A stretch of DNA of 64,000 nt from assembly GCA_963704165.1 (NCBI GenBank), contig CAVPHD010000001.1, forward strand, positions 192,001 through 256,000. Direction: 5' to 3'. The position numbers and the translations under genes are program-made. The notes under the pieces were generated by a model. It was not told where the DNA came from. It searched no databases and was given only the letters and a program-made list of their open reading frames with translations. Of this stretch, positions 9,325 to 18,626 are shown one piece after another. This DNA is from an uncultured delta proteobacterium (GTDB taxonomy: Bacteria > Myxococcota_A > UBA9160 > SZUA-336). Within the stretch, counting starts at the first letter, position 1. Each line of letters begins with the position of its first letter.

Positions 9325-10305
9325 GTGCTCCGGGAGCTCTCGCTCACGACGATCCGCGAAGCGCGGCGCCGGATTCTGCCCTATGTGCTTCGCACGCCCG
9401 TCCTGCACCATCGGCTCCACTCGCAATGCGAGCTCCTGCTGAAACCCGAGTCACTTCAGAGCACGGGCGCCTTCAAGATCCGAGGCGCGTTCAACCTGAT
9501 GCTGACGCTTCCGAAGAGCTGCCCGGGCGTGGTCGCGCACTCGTCCGGGAATCACGCCCAGGCGGTCGCCCGCGCCGCGCGCATGCTGAAGTTGCGCTCG
9601 GTGATCGTGATGCCGGACGACGCGCCCGAGCCGAAGCGTGCGCGCACGGCGGCCGACGGCGCCGAGATCGTCCTGGTCGGCCCCGACAGCGACGAGCGTG
9701 CGCGAAGAGCCGAAGAGATCGCGCGCGCCGAGGGTCTGGTGCCGGTTCCGCCGTACGACCACCCCCTCGTCGCCGCTGGACAGGGCACGGCGGCACTCGA
9801 GCTGATCGAGGATGCCGACGTGCTCGACCGTTTCTACGCGCCGGTGAGCGGCGGTGGACTGATGGCCGGCTGCGCGGTCGCGATCCACGCGCTCTCGCCC
9901 GAGACCGAGATCGTCGCCGTCGAGCCCGAGGACGGGAACGATACCCAGCTCTCTCTCGCCGCGGGCGAACGCTGCAAGGCTCAGCCTCCACGCACGATTG
10001 CCGACGGCCTGCGCGTTCGCACGCCCGGAGAGCAGACCTGGCCCGTGCTGCAGCGTCACGTCGCGCGCGTCGAGCTCGTGAGCGACGAGGAGCTGCTCGA
10101 TGCGATGGCCTTCGCGTTGCGTGAGCTGCGGCTGGTGCTCGAGCCTTCCGGCGCGGCCTCGCTCGCGGTCGCACTACGCGAGGGCCGGGGCCGCTCGGGC
10201 GTGCTGCTCTCGGGCGGGAACGCGGATCCGGCGCATCTCGAAGCGGCCGCGAAGCGGGCCGCGATCGCGACGATTCGCAGCCCTGTGAAATCATCCCGAG
10301 CGTGA
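9325..10305 (+). CDS. PLP-dependent threonine/serine dehydratase family
   Basis: KPESLQSTGAFKIRGA, SSGNHAQA, SGGGL, EPSGA, SGGN. Confidence 0.9.
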   Translation: MLRELSLTTIREARRRILPYVLRTPVLHHRLHSQCELLLKPESLQSTGAFKIRGAFNLMLTLPKSCPGVVAHSSGNHAQAVARAARMLKLRSVIVMPDDAPEPKRARTAADGAEIVLVGPDSDERARRAEEIARAEGLVPVPPYDHPLVAAGQGTAALELIEDADVLDRFYAPVSGGGLMAGCAVAIHALSPETEIVAVEPEDGNDTQLSLAAGERCKAQPPRTIADGLRVRTPGEQTWPVLQRHVARVELVSDEELLDAMAFALRELRLVLEPSGAASLAVALREGRGRSGVLLSGGNADPAHLEAAAKRAAIATIRSPVKSSRA

Positions 10306-10795
10306 AGTCCGCTCGCTCGCAGCCCGGAGTCCTCGCCACCCCAGCCGCGATGGCACGCTCGTTCACGTTCCGGATCGTGCCCGACACCGATCTGCGTTTC
10401 GCGATCCGCTCCCTTCGAGATCGCTTCTAGATCGGTTGGGGCGTGGCGGGAATCGGCGAGCCGATGGTGCACGGGCTCGGCGTGGAGGTTCCCGGGCTGC
10501 GCGTCATTCCCGCGCTCGCGGGCCCGGGCGTGAGCGTGCCCTCGACGCAATGCGCGTGGACGACGCGGCCGTCGAGGCGGCGAACGTGAAGGATGCTTCG
10601 GGCCTCGAAGGCTCGAGCTTCGTCGCGGTGCAGCGCTGGGTCCACGATCTGGGGCGATTCCGCTCGCACCCACAGGCGCGTCACGACGCGATCATCGACG
10701 CCCTGTTCTCGTTCTCGCGACCGATCCGCGGCGGCTACTACTGGTGTCCGCCGATCGCGGACGGCCGCCTCGATCCGTCCCGGCTCTTGCGCTGA
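10302..10795 (+). pseudogene. Dyp-type peroxidase remnant (stop, frameshift, internal deletions)
   Basis: SQPGVLA N-terminus, TAG near 10428, VPGLRVIPALAGPGVSVPSTQ, then other frame GSSFVAVQRWVHDL and DALFSFSRPIRGGYYWCPP. Confidence 0.8.
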
Positions 10796-10826
10796 GCGCG
10801 GTCCGGGGCGCGCTCGACGTTTCGGC

Positions 10827-12413
10827 TCACGCTTCGACGACGAGAACGGCGCCCTCGCTCGGCGCGAGCTCGAGCTTCGCCGCGTCGCCGGGGAGTGACT
10901 CGCCGTGACGCGTCGGCAGCCCGCCGAGCACGCGCGCGGGCGGAAGTCCGGCGGCGCACGGCTCCGCGCCGAAGTTCAGCGCGACGATCACACGCGAGTC
11001 GCCGTGGCGGCGCTCGTAGGCGAGAACGCCGTCGGGGGCGTCGAGCGCACGCCAGCTTCCGCGCTCGAGCGCCGGTGTCGTGCGCCGGAGCTCGAGCAGA
11101 TCCCGGTACAGCCAGAGCAGCGACGTGCGATCTTCACGCTGCGCGTCGACGTTCCGCATCACGACGTCGCGCCCGATCGGAAGCCACGGAGCACCGGTCG
11201 TGAAGCCCGCCCCCGGTTCGGCGCTCCAGTGCATCGGCGTGCGCTCCGGATCCCGCGACAAGCTCGGGTGCAGCGTCACCGCGAGGGGATCGCGCATGCG
11301 TTCCGACGGAACTTCGACATTGCGCATGCCGATCTCCTCGCCGTAATAGAGAAAGGGCGTGCCGCGCAACGTGAGCAGGAGAATCGCTGCGACACGCGCA
11401 CGTGCATCGCCGAGCACCGGATCGTCGTAGCGCGTGGCGTGGCGTGGCACATCGTGATTGGAGAGCACGACGTCGGGCCAGCCCTCGACCGGAACCAGCG
11501 CGTCGAAGGCCGCGATCTCGCGCGCGAAGTCCGCGGCGCTCCAAGGCGAGCGCAGGAACGAGAAGTTGAACGCGAGATGCAGCTCGTCGCCGCGACCGTA
11601 GTAACCCGCGACCTGCGACGGATCCATGATGTAGACCTCGCCGACCGTCATGCGCTCGTCGTACTCGTCGAGCACCGCGCGAATGCCGCGCAGGAACGCG
11701 TGGACGTCGGCGTGGTTCTCGTCGTAGACGTGCAGCTGGCCACCGTAGCCCGGTCCCAGCGTCGCACTCGGGGGGTTGTCGCGAAGGAGCGGATCCTTCG
11801 CGATGCGGTGGATCACGTCGATGCGGAATCCGTCCACGCCACGATCGAGCCAGAAACGCAGCGTCCCGTGCATGGCCGCGACGACCTCTGGATTTCGCCA
11901 GTTCAGATCCGGCTGCTCGACGAGGAACGAGTGCAGATAGTACTGGCCGGTCTTCGGATCGAGCTGCCAGGCGGGTCCGCCGAAGATGCTCACCCACGAG
12001 TTCGGCGGTCCGCCGTCGGTCGCCGGGTCCCGCCAGACGTACCAGTCGCGCTTGGCACTGGTTCGACTCGCACGGGACTCGAGGAACCACGCATGCTGCT
12101 CCGAGGTGTGATTCGGGACCCAGTCGAGAATCACGCGGATGCCGTGCGCGTGGGCGTCGGCGAGCAGCCGGTCGAAGTCGGCAAGCGTGCCGAACTCCGG
12201 GTCGATCTCGCAGTAGTCCGAGACGTCGTAACCGAAATCCGCCATCGGCGAGGGGAAGATCGGCGAGAGCCAGATCGCATCGACGCCGAGCCATGCGAGA
12301 TGCCCGAGCCGGGTGCGGATGCCCTCCAGATCTCCCACGCCGTCGCCGTTCGAATCCATGAACGAGCGGGGGTAGATCTGGTAGACGACGCCGTGTTTCC
12401 ACCAGAGACGCAA
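10827..12413 (-). CDS. GH13 alpha-glucosidase
   Basis: WWKHGVVYQIYPRSFMDSNGDGVGDL, VPNHTS, GVDGFRID, NHD; TTG start inferred. Confidence 0.93.
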   Translation of the reverse strand: MRLWWKHGVVYQIYPRSFMDSNGDGVGDLEGIRTRLGHLAWLGVDAIWLSPIFPSPMADFGYDVSDYCEIDPEFGTLADFDRLLADAHAHGIRVILDWVPNHTSEQHAWFLESRASRTSAKRDWYVWRDPATDGGPPNSWVSIFGGPAWQLDPKTGQYYLHSFLVEQPDLNWRNPEVVAAMHGTLRFWLDRGVDGFRIDVIHRIAKDPLLRDNPPSATLGPGYGGQLHVYDENHADVHAFLRGIRAVLDEYDERMTVGEVYIMDPSQVAGYYGRGDELHLAFNFSFLRSPWSAADFAREIAAFDALVPVEGWPDVVLSNHDVPRHATRYDDPVLGDARARVAAILLLTLRGTPFLYYGEEIGMRNVEVPSERMRDPLAVTLHPSLSRDPERTPMHWSAEPGAGFTTGAPWLPIGRDVVMRNVDAQREDRTSLLWLYRDLLELRRTTPALERGSWRALDAPDGVLAYERRHGDSRVIVALNFGAEPCAAGLPPARVLGGLPTRHGESLPGDAAKLELAPSEGAVLVVEA

Positions 12414-12439
12414 CGCGAGTGTCTCGAACCGAGCTGTGT

Positions 12440-12847
12440 CTAGCGCGTGATCACGTCGCGGATGCGGCTCGCGAAGGTGACCGCTGCCGAGCGCGCCTCG
12501 GCGATCAGGACTTCGGCCGAGCGCTTCAGGTCGTCCCACGAGGTCTCCGCCGCGGCGGACGCCTTTCGCAGGGAGCCGGCGATGTCGCGGCCCTTCGCGT
12601 TGATCGCGTCGAGCTGTTCACGCCCCTCCTTTCGCAGCGCGGCAATCCGCCTGCGCGCGTCGGCCTCGATCTCCCGCTCCGCGCTCTTCATCCCCTTCTG
12701 GAGCTCCGAGATCGTCTTGCCGAGGGTCTTGAGGCCCTGCTGGATCTCGAAGTGGGCGGCACGCTCCTCGAGCGACTTTGGCGCGGGGGGCTTCTTGGCG
12801 GGTCGAGCCGATTTCTTGCGGGCGGTTGCCTTCTTCTTCGCGGCCAT
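12440..12847 (-). CDS. Hypothetical helical protein with Lys/Ala-rich N-terminal tail
   Basis: AAGGAG RBS before ATG; MAAKKKATARKKSARPAKK followed by amphipathic helices. Confidence 0.75.
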   Translation of the reverse strand: MAAKKKATARKKSARPAKKPPAPKSLEERAAHFEIQQGLKTLGKTISELQKGMKSAEREIEADARRRIAALRKEGREQLDAINAKGRDIAGSLRKASAAAETSWDDLKRSAEVLIAEARSAAVTFASRIRDVITR

Positions 12848-13028
12848 GGAAGTCTCCTTGCGGTCAGGTTCCGGACTCACCGTATAACTCGGCGAGGCTC
12901 CACGCCGCTACGGTCATTTTCGTCCGAGCCTCCAATAACTCGATCTTCTCGGGGTCCGCGCCGAAGCGGGTCGTCGCAATCGAGTGTCGGGGACGGCTCG
13001 GTGGGTCCACGGGTGCCGGGATCTCCCA

Positions 13029-13095
13029 CCGCTCCCGACCTCCGCCGCCTCCCGACGGGCGAGAAGGGACGGCGGGGGCCGGCTGTCGGGAACGG
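13029..13095. other. GC-rich imperfect inverted repeat just downstream of the DUF4097 gene
   Basis: ccgctcccgac ... gtcgggaacgg outer arms plus inner ccgccg/cggcgg; no U-tract. Confidence 0.4.
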
Positions 13096-13108
13096 GAAGT
13101 ACGACGCC

Positions 13109-13972
13109 TCAGAGCTGGCCGATGCGGATCGAGCCGCCCGAGCTGCGTACGACGAGCCTCGGCCCGCCGTCACCGAGCGACCCGACGACATGGTGCTTCG
13201 AGCGCTCCCGCCGGTCATCGAGGTCGAACTCGAACTCGATCTCACCACCGTTCGATTTGGCGTCGATCTCGAAGTTCGCCTCCTCGCGCACGAGGATCTC
13301 GATCGAGCCGCCCGTGGACTTGACCTCGCCCTCAGGGTCGCCGAGGAACACGATCGACACCGATCCCCCGCTCGAGCGAAGATCCACGCTGCCATCGACA
13401 CCGTCGATGTGGAGCTCGCCGCCCGAGGTGCGAGCCGCGATGTCGCCGAAGACGTCTCTCAGTGCGACGTTTCCGCCCGAGTTCTTCGCGCGGACGTCCC
13501 CATCGACGTGCACGATCTCCAGATTTCCACCCGAGCCCGCGAGGTCGATCGGCCCGACCGTGCGCGTCACGCTCGCGTCACCACCGCTCGTCTTCAGGGC
13601 GATCTCGCCGGTGATGCCGTCGACGCGCACGTCGCCGCCGCTCGACCTCAGCTCCAGCGAGTACTGCCTCGGCACCCAGAGCCGCGCTCGAACGTCGAGT
13701 GCGCTGAACAGGCCGGTCAGCCAGCCGTCGACACGGATCTCGAAGTGCACGTCGTTCCCCGATCGATCGAGCAGGAACCGGACCTGCTCGGCACGCCGGC
13801 CGCGCGCCTCGGCCTCGACCCGCACCTCGTCCGAATCGTGCGAGCGTACATCCACCGTCGCGCGTGACGTGCGCACGAAGAGCGTGCCTTCCGGCTCCAC
13901 CGGAAGCGATTCCTCGAGCCAGGCGCTGCCTTCGATCGAGTCCGTCACGGCGCTTTCCCTGCCTTGCATCAT
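13109..13972 (-). CDS. DUF4097 family beta-strand repeat protein
   Basis: Repeated (T/S)SGG(D/N/E/S)-x-x-x units; start may instead be GTG at 13948. Confidence 0.88.
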   Translation of the reverse strand: MMQGRESAVTDSIEGSAWLEESLPVEPEGTLFVRTSRATVDVRSHDSDEVRVEAEARGRRAEQVRFLLDRSGNDVHFEIRVDGWLTGLFSALDVRARLWVPRQYSLELRSSGGDVRVDGITGEIALKTSGGDASVTRTVGPIDLAGSGGNLEIVHVDGDVRAKNSGGNVALRDVFGDIAARTSGGELHIDGVDGSVDLRSSGGSVSIVFLGDPEGEVKSTGGSIEILVREEANFEIDAKSNGGEIEFEFDLDDRRERSKHHVVGSLGDGGPRLVVRSSGGSIRIGQL

Positions 13973-13986
13973 CACGCCTCTCGCAA

Positions 13987-14002
13987 AGCAAGGGGAGTGC
14001 CG
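13987..14002 (-). promoter_or_regulatory. Putative sigma-54 (-24/-12) promoter
   Basis: Minus strand CGGCACTCCCCTTGCT = GG-N10-GC, close to TGGCAC-N5-TTGC, directly upstream of the DUF4097 gene. Confidence 0.55.
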
Positions 14003-14080
14003 ACGCGGCGGCGGCGCTGACCTGGCCTCGCACCCTCCGATCGCCACCGGCACCCTGCAGGTGTCGGCTCTCGTTTGCGC

Positions 14081-14926
14081 CTACGGCAGACCGGCGCCCG
14101 CGACGTCCACCTGCAGGTACTCGATCCGGCCGCTGCGGCTTGCGACGCACGCCTCCGGGTCGGAGTCCGAGGCGGTGCAGATGAACAGCGTCTTGCGGTC
14201 GGGGCCGCCGAGCATGCAGGCGAAGGCCTGATTCGAGACCTTCACGGTTTCGGTGATTCGACCCCCCTCGTGCACGCGAACGCAGTCGGCGCTGATCGGC
14301 GACGCGACCCAGATCGCGCCCTCCGCATCGAGGCAGATGCCGTCCGGCACGCGGCGCTCGAGCTGCGCGAACACGCGCCGGTTCGAGAGCGAGCCGTCGG
14401 GCGAGATGTCGAACGCCGTCAGTCGAGCGGCCATCGATTCCGCGACGACCAGCGTGCGTCCGTCGGGTGTGATCACGCAGCCGTTCGGGAACGCGAGATC
14501 GCGTGCCGCAGCGCGCGTCTCTCCGGTCGGGAGCACGAGCGCGAGCGTCGTCGTGCGCGGAGTCTCCCTTTTGTGCAGATCGAAACCGAAATTCCCGACG
14601 TAGGCGCGACCGTGAGCATCGACGACCATGTCGTTGCAGTGGAAGTCGGCGATGCCCGACAGATCCGCGACCGGCTGCAATCCACCGGGATCGAGGCGCA
14701 GAAGTCGTCGATCCTGCATCGAGACCACGAGCAGTCGCCCGTCCGGCAACCAGCCGAGTCCGGACGGACAGGCTTCGACCCGGACCACCGGCTCCACGCG
14801 CCCGTCGAGGCCGACCCGGAGGACCGACTTCGCGTGCATGTCCGAGAACCAGAGCCGGCCCTCGTGCCAACGCGGACCTTCGGGAAAGCACAAGCCGTCG
14901 AGCAGGATCTTCGTCTCGGAGGCCAT
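14081..14926 (-). CDS. SMP-30/gluconolactonase/LRE family protein
   Basis: FPEGPRWH, CNDMVVD, FPNG, PDGICLDAEG. Confidence 0.92.
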   Translation of the reverse strand: MASETKILLDGLCFPEGPRWHEGRLWFSDMHAKSVLRVGLDGRVEPVVRVEACPSGLGWLPDGRLLVVSMQDRRLLRLDPGGLQPVADLSGIADFHCNDMVVDAHGRAYVGNFGFDLHKRETPRTTTLALVLPTGETRAAARDLAFPNGCVITPDGRTLVVAESMAARLTAFDISPDGSLSNRRVFAQLERRVPDGICLDAEGAIWVASPISADCVRVHEGGRITETVKVSNQAFACMLGGPDRKTLFICTASDSDPEACVASRSGRIEYLQVDVAGAGLP

Positions 14927-14992
14927 CGGGTCGATCCTCTCTCCCGTACACGAGCGCCGTCAAATCCGCTCGGGTCGGGTACGCTGGTCGGC

Positions 14993-15970
14993 ATGACGAA
15001 CCCGCCTCGCTCGATCCGCTGGGAGACGCTGACCAAGAAGCAGTTCGATGCGATCGACCGCGAGAATGCGGTGGTCTTCGTGACCTGCTCGCCGATGGAG
15101 GTGCACGGACCGCACCTGCCGATCGGCGCCGACTGCCTGGAGGGCGAGGGCCTGGCCGAGCGCGCACTGCGCTTCCTGCCCGAGCGTCACCACTCACGCA
15201 CGTTCCTGCGGCTCCCGTTCGTGTGGGCCGCGTGCGACGGCGTCCCGCAGCCCGGCACGATCGCGTTCCGGCCGTCGACGACGATCGCGTTCCTCGAGGA
15301 CATGGGCCGCTCGCTCGCGCTGCAGGGGTTCCGCAACGTGATGGTCTCGAACTTCCACGGCAGTCCACGCCACTTCCTCGCGATCGAGACCGCGTGCGAG
15401 CGGATCTCACGAAGACACGGAATTCGCATGGCGTGCGTGTTCTCGCTGATGCTGTCGCGTCTGAACGGCGGCGGCGCGGAGCTCGGCGACGTGCTCGGCC
15501 ACATCCCGGGGCTCTCGAAGGCCGACCTCGCCGGCGACACGCACGGGGGAGCCGTCGAGACGTCACAGCTTCTCGCGCTCCACCCCGAGTGGGTCGATCC
15601 CGACTACAAGTCCCTGCCACGGCGGACCGTCGATCTCTGGCTCGAGGAGACAGGCCGCGAGAAGCCGCCCGACCTGCGCGGGAAGCCGGCGTCGGTTCCG
15701 CAGATGGTGAAGGGCTTCAAGGCGGGGATTCACTACTTCGTCGAGGAGACCTACGCGGGTGCGCCCGCCGTGGCTACGGCGCAGATCGGCGAACAGATCC
15801 TCGACACGCTCGCGAGCCGCACGGCGGAGGCGATCGCGGAGATCCTCGACGGGACGCTGCCGCCCGAGAAGTGGCACTCGCCGTTCTGGAAGCTGCGACA
15901 CATTTTTGTGAACCCGCTGGCCGTGCGGTTCTTCAACTGGGTGATGAAGGTGCCAAAGGGCGTCGGCTGA
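14993..15970 (+). CDS. Creatininase family amidohydrolase
   Basis: EVHGPHLPIGAD, NFHGS, DTHGGAVETS. Confidence 0.87.
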   Translation: MTNPPRSIRWETLTKKQFDAIDRENAVVFVTCSPMEVHGPHLPIGADCLEGEGLAERALRFLPERHHSRTFLRLPFVWAACDGVPQPGTIAFRPSTTIAFLEDMGRSLALQGFRNVMVSNFHGSPRHFLAIETACERISRRHGIRMACVFSLMLSRLNGGGAELGDVLGHIPGLSKADLAGDTHGGAVETSQLLALHPEWVDPDYKSLPRRTVDLWLEETGREKPPDLRGKPASVPQMVKGFKAGIHYFVEETYAGAPAVATAQIGEQILDTLASRTAEAIAEILDGTLPPEKWHSPFWKLRHIFVNPLAVRFFNWVMKVPKGVG

Positions 15971-16059
15971 CGGCGAGCCGAGTTCGTATGATCGCGGTCA
16001 TATCCCTGGATGGAGGGTATGGGGCAGCTTTGGAACGCTCTTCCGCAAGGAGACCCCCG

Positions 16060-16776
16060 ATGGCCTCACGCAACCGCTTTCGGCCGCTCGCGGCGTATCG
16101 AGCCATGCGTGTTCTGCGCGAGAACCCCGACGACACGATGCAGGCGATCGTCGTGATCGCGGCTCTCTCCGGCAACTCGGGACGCCGGCTCTTCAAGCGC
16201 TTCCGCCGCTCGCCCAACGCCGATCGGATCCTGCACGAGAAGCGCACCCTGTACGACCTGCTGGCCGACGTCGACGGACTGCGCGCGCTGCCGGATGGAT
16301 CGCTGGGAAAGACGATCGGCGATTGGTTCGCGCGAGAGAACATCAGCGCGCAGGGACTCGCACAGGCGAGCGAGGAGGCGAGCCGGCGGATCCAGGCGCC
16401 ACCCGCGGCCGGCGACGAGCAGGTGTTCTCGACCCGGCTGCTGAATCTTCACGATGTCTTTCACGTGGTCGCAGGCTACGACCGCGACCTGCGCGGCGAG
16501 TCCGCCGTACTCGCGCTCACGTTCGCACAGACGCGCAACCCCGGGATCGGGTACCTCTGCTTCGACGCCCTGCGCAGCGAGGGCTGGAACTCCGAGACGG
16601 GCCGCCTGATCCGGCAGGGCTATCGCCGTGGCCGGGACGCGAAGTGGCTCGTGGACCAGGATTGGGAGGCGCTCTTGCCGCGGCCGATCGACGCCGTGCG
16701 CGAAGAACTCGGGTTGGGGCCGCCGCCGGTGTATGAGCAGCTCCGCTCGGCCGGCGCGCCCGTACTCGCGGCTTGA
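16060..16776 (+). CDS. Coq4 family protein
   Basis: AAGGAG RBS; LRALPDGSLG, HDVFHVVAGYDRDLRGE (HDxxH-x11-E), PIDAVREELG. Confidence 0.85.
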   Translation: MASRNRFRPLAAYRAMRVLRENPDDTMQAIVVIAALSGNSGRRLFKRFRRSPNADRILHEKRTLYDLLADVDGLRALPDGSLGKTIGDWFARENISAQGLAQASEEASRRIQAPPAAGDEQVFSTRLLNLHDVFHVVAGYDRDLRGESAVLALTFAQTRNPGIGYLCFDALRSEGWNSETGRLIRQGYRRGRDAKWLVDQDWEALLPRPIDAVREELGLGPPPVYEQLRSAGAPVLAA

Positions 16777-16786
16777 AGCGATCGCG

Positions 16787-18256
16787 ATGATGCAGATCGT
16801 CGTCGTCGGGGGCTCGATCGCGGGCCTCGTGACCGCCCTCGCCTTGGCGCGTGATGGCCACCGAGTCGTGATCCTGGAGCAGGACACGACGCCACTTCCC
16901 GAGAGCCCGGACGAGGCCTTCCTGCGCTGGCGCCGTCAGGGTGCCCCGCAGGTACTGCACTCTCACGCCTTCCTGGCCCGGATGCACAACCTGATTCGGG
17001 ATCGCGAGCCGAAGCTGCTTCAGGAGCTGTTGCGCAACGGTGCCGAGGAGCTGACGTTCCGGGACCAGGCGCGCCAGTACTTCGAGGCCCCCGAGTTCGA
17101 ACCCGGCGACGACGATCTGGTCCTGCTCGCCTGCCGGCGCATCACCTTCGAGTGGGTGCTGCGCCGCTACACGCTCGCCACCGGGCTCGTCGAGTTCCGG
17201 GATGGCGTGCGGGTTACCGGGCTGGTCGCGGAGTCGCAGACCGGCGGACCGCCCGTCGTGCGCGGCGTGCGCATCGAGGGGGCCGGCGGGGCGTCGGAAG
17301 AGATCGCTGCGGATCTCGTCGTCGATGCGAGCGGACGCCGCACCAAGCTCGGCGACTGGCTGCGGGCGATCGGCGCTCCCGAACCGCGCGTGGTGTCCGA
17401 GCCCTGCGGGATCTTCTACAGCTCGCGCTTCTACCGTCTTCGAGCCGACGAGGCGCGGCCGATCGAGGACGCGATCATCGGTGCCGACTTCGGCTACCTG
17501 AAGTTCGGGATCTTCCCGGGCGACGCCGGCTGCTTCTCGATCACGCTGGCCGCGGCACCTGACGACGAGCCGATGCGCGCCGTCCTTCGGACCCCGGGCT
17601 TCCAGCGGGCCGCCGCGGCGATCCCCGCCGCACGGGAATGGCTTGCACGCTCAGAGCCGATCGGACGGGTTCACGGGATGACGAACCTGCGCAATACCCG
17701 ACGCTGGCTGGTCGAGAACGGCGAGCCGCTCGCACTCGGCCTGGTGGCGGTGGGCGATTCGCTCGTGCACGCCAACCCGATCACAGGTCGCGGCTGCACG
17801 CTGGCTTGGTGCACCGCCTACGCGCTGGCCGATGCCGTCCGGAAGCACCCCGACGATCCGCGAGCCGTAGCGCTCGAGCTGAACGATACGGTGGACCGGG
17901 AGTTCGCGCCCTGGCTCGCGTTGCAGATGCGCCAGGACGAGGACGCGGTGGCGGTCAACGAGGCGCTTCGCCGCGGCGAGGACCCCTGGCTCGTCGAGCG
18001 TCCCGACGGCTCGACGGACGAGCGGGCGTTGATACGGAACATCGTGCGCCACGGGCTCCTCCCCGCCGTGCGGGAGGATCTCGGAGTGATGCGCGCCCTC
18101 ATGCGCGTCGCCCACATGCTCGCGCCGCCGGAAAATCTCTTCGAGCGGCCCGAGATCCGCGAGCGTTCCTTCGCCGCGTACCAACGGCGCCACGAGCGGG
18201 AGCCGCTCATCGTCGGCCCGTCACGGGCCGATATGATCGAGTTGCTCGTCGCCTGA
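16787..18256 (+). CDS. FAD-dependent oxidoreductase (monooxygenase-like)
   Basis: VVGGSIAG, RQGAPQVLHSH, VVDASGRRT, VGDSLVHANPITGRG. Confidence 0.88.
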   Translation: MMQIVVVGGSIAGLVTALALARDGHRVVILEQDTTPLPESPDEAFLRWRRQGAPQVLHSHAFLARMHNLIRDREPKLLQELLRNGAEELTFRDQARQYFEAPEFEPGDDDLVLLACRRITFEWVLRRYTLATGLVEFRDGVRVTGLVAESQTGGPPVVRGVRIEGAGGASEEIAADLVVDASGRRTKLGDWLRAIGAPEPRVVSEPCGIFYSSRFYRLRADEARPIEDAIIGADFGYLKFGIFPGDAGCFSITLAAAPDDEPMRAVLRTPGFQRAAAAIPAAREWLARSEPIGRVHGMTNLRNTRRWLVENGEPLALGLVAVGDSLVHANPITGRGCTLAWCTAYALADAVRKHPDDPRAVALELNDTVDREFAPWLALQMRQDEDAVAVNEALRRGEDPWLVERPDGSTDERALIRNIVRHGLLPAVREDLGVMRALMRVAHMLAPPENLFERPEIRERSFAAYQRRHEREPLIVGPSRADMIELLVA

Positions 18257-18379
18257 CCCGGACTTCAGATCGGCCCCGAACACGCTGCAAGGCGCGGCAG
18301 ACCGGGATATGATCATTGTCATGTCGGAGCGGCGCGCAGCGCCATATCGTGCCTGCATCGGTCGAGCTCGGAGAATTGG

Positions 18380-18625
18380 ATGAGTCGAACGAAGTTTTCC
18401 ATCGACGATGAGCTTTGCATCGGCTGTCGGCTCTGCGAGGAGCGGGCACCCGAGAACATGGAAGTTCCCCCGGGAACCTCCGCGGCGCAGGTGGTGAAGC
18501 AGCCCGAATCCGAACAGGAAGAAGAGGCCTGCCTCGAGGCCGCCGAGTACTGCCCGACCGGGGGGATCGCCAGCTCGAAGTCGGCGCCTGCAGCGTCGGA
18601 CGCGATCGAAGCCCGCGCCTCGTGA
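18380..18625 (+). CDS. Single-cluster [4Fe-4S]/[3Fe-4S] ferredoxin
   Basis: CIGCRLC ... AAEYCP; GGAG RBS. Confidence 0.9.
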   Translation: MSRTKFSIDDELCIGCRLCEERAPENMEVPPGTSAAQVVKQPESEQEEEACLEAAEYCPTGGIASSKSAPAASDAIEARAS

Positions 18626-18626
18626 T

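Noticed and set aside
12860..12885. SRP-RNA-like GGTCAGGTTCCGGA
   Set aside because: Lacks the following AGGAAGCAGC and overlaps the RBS region of the minus-strand gene
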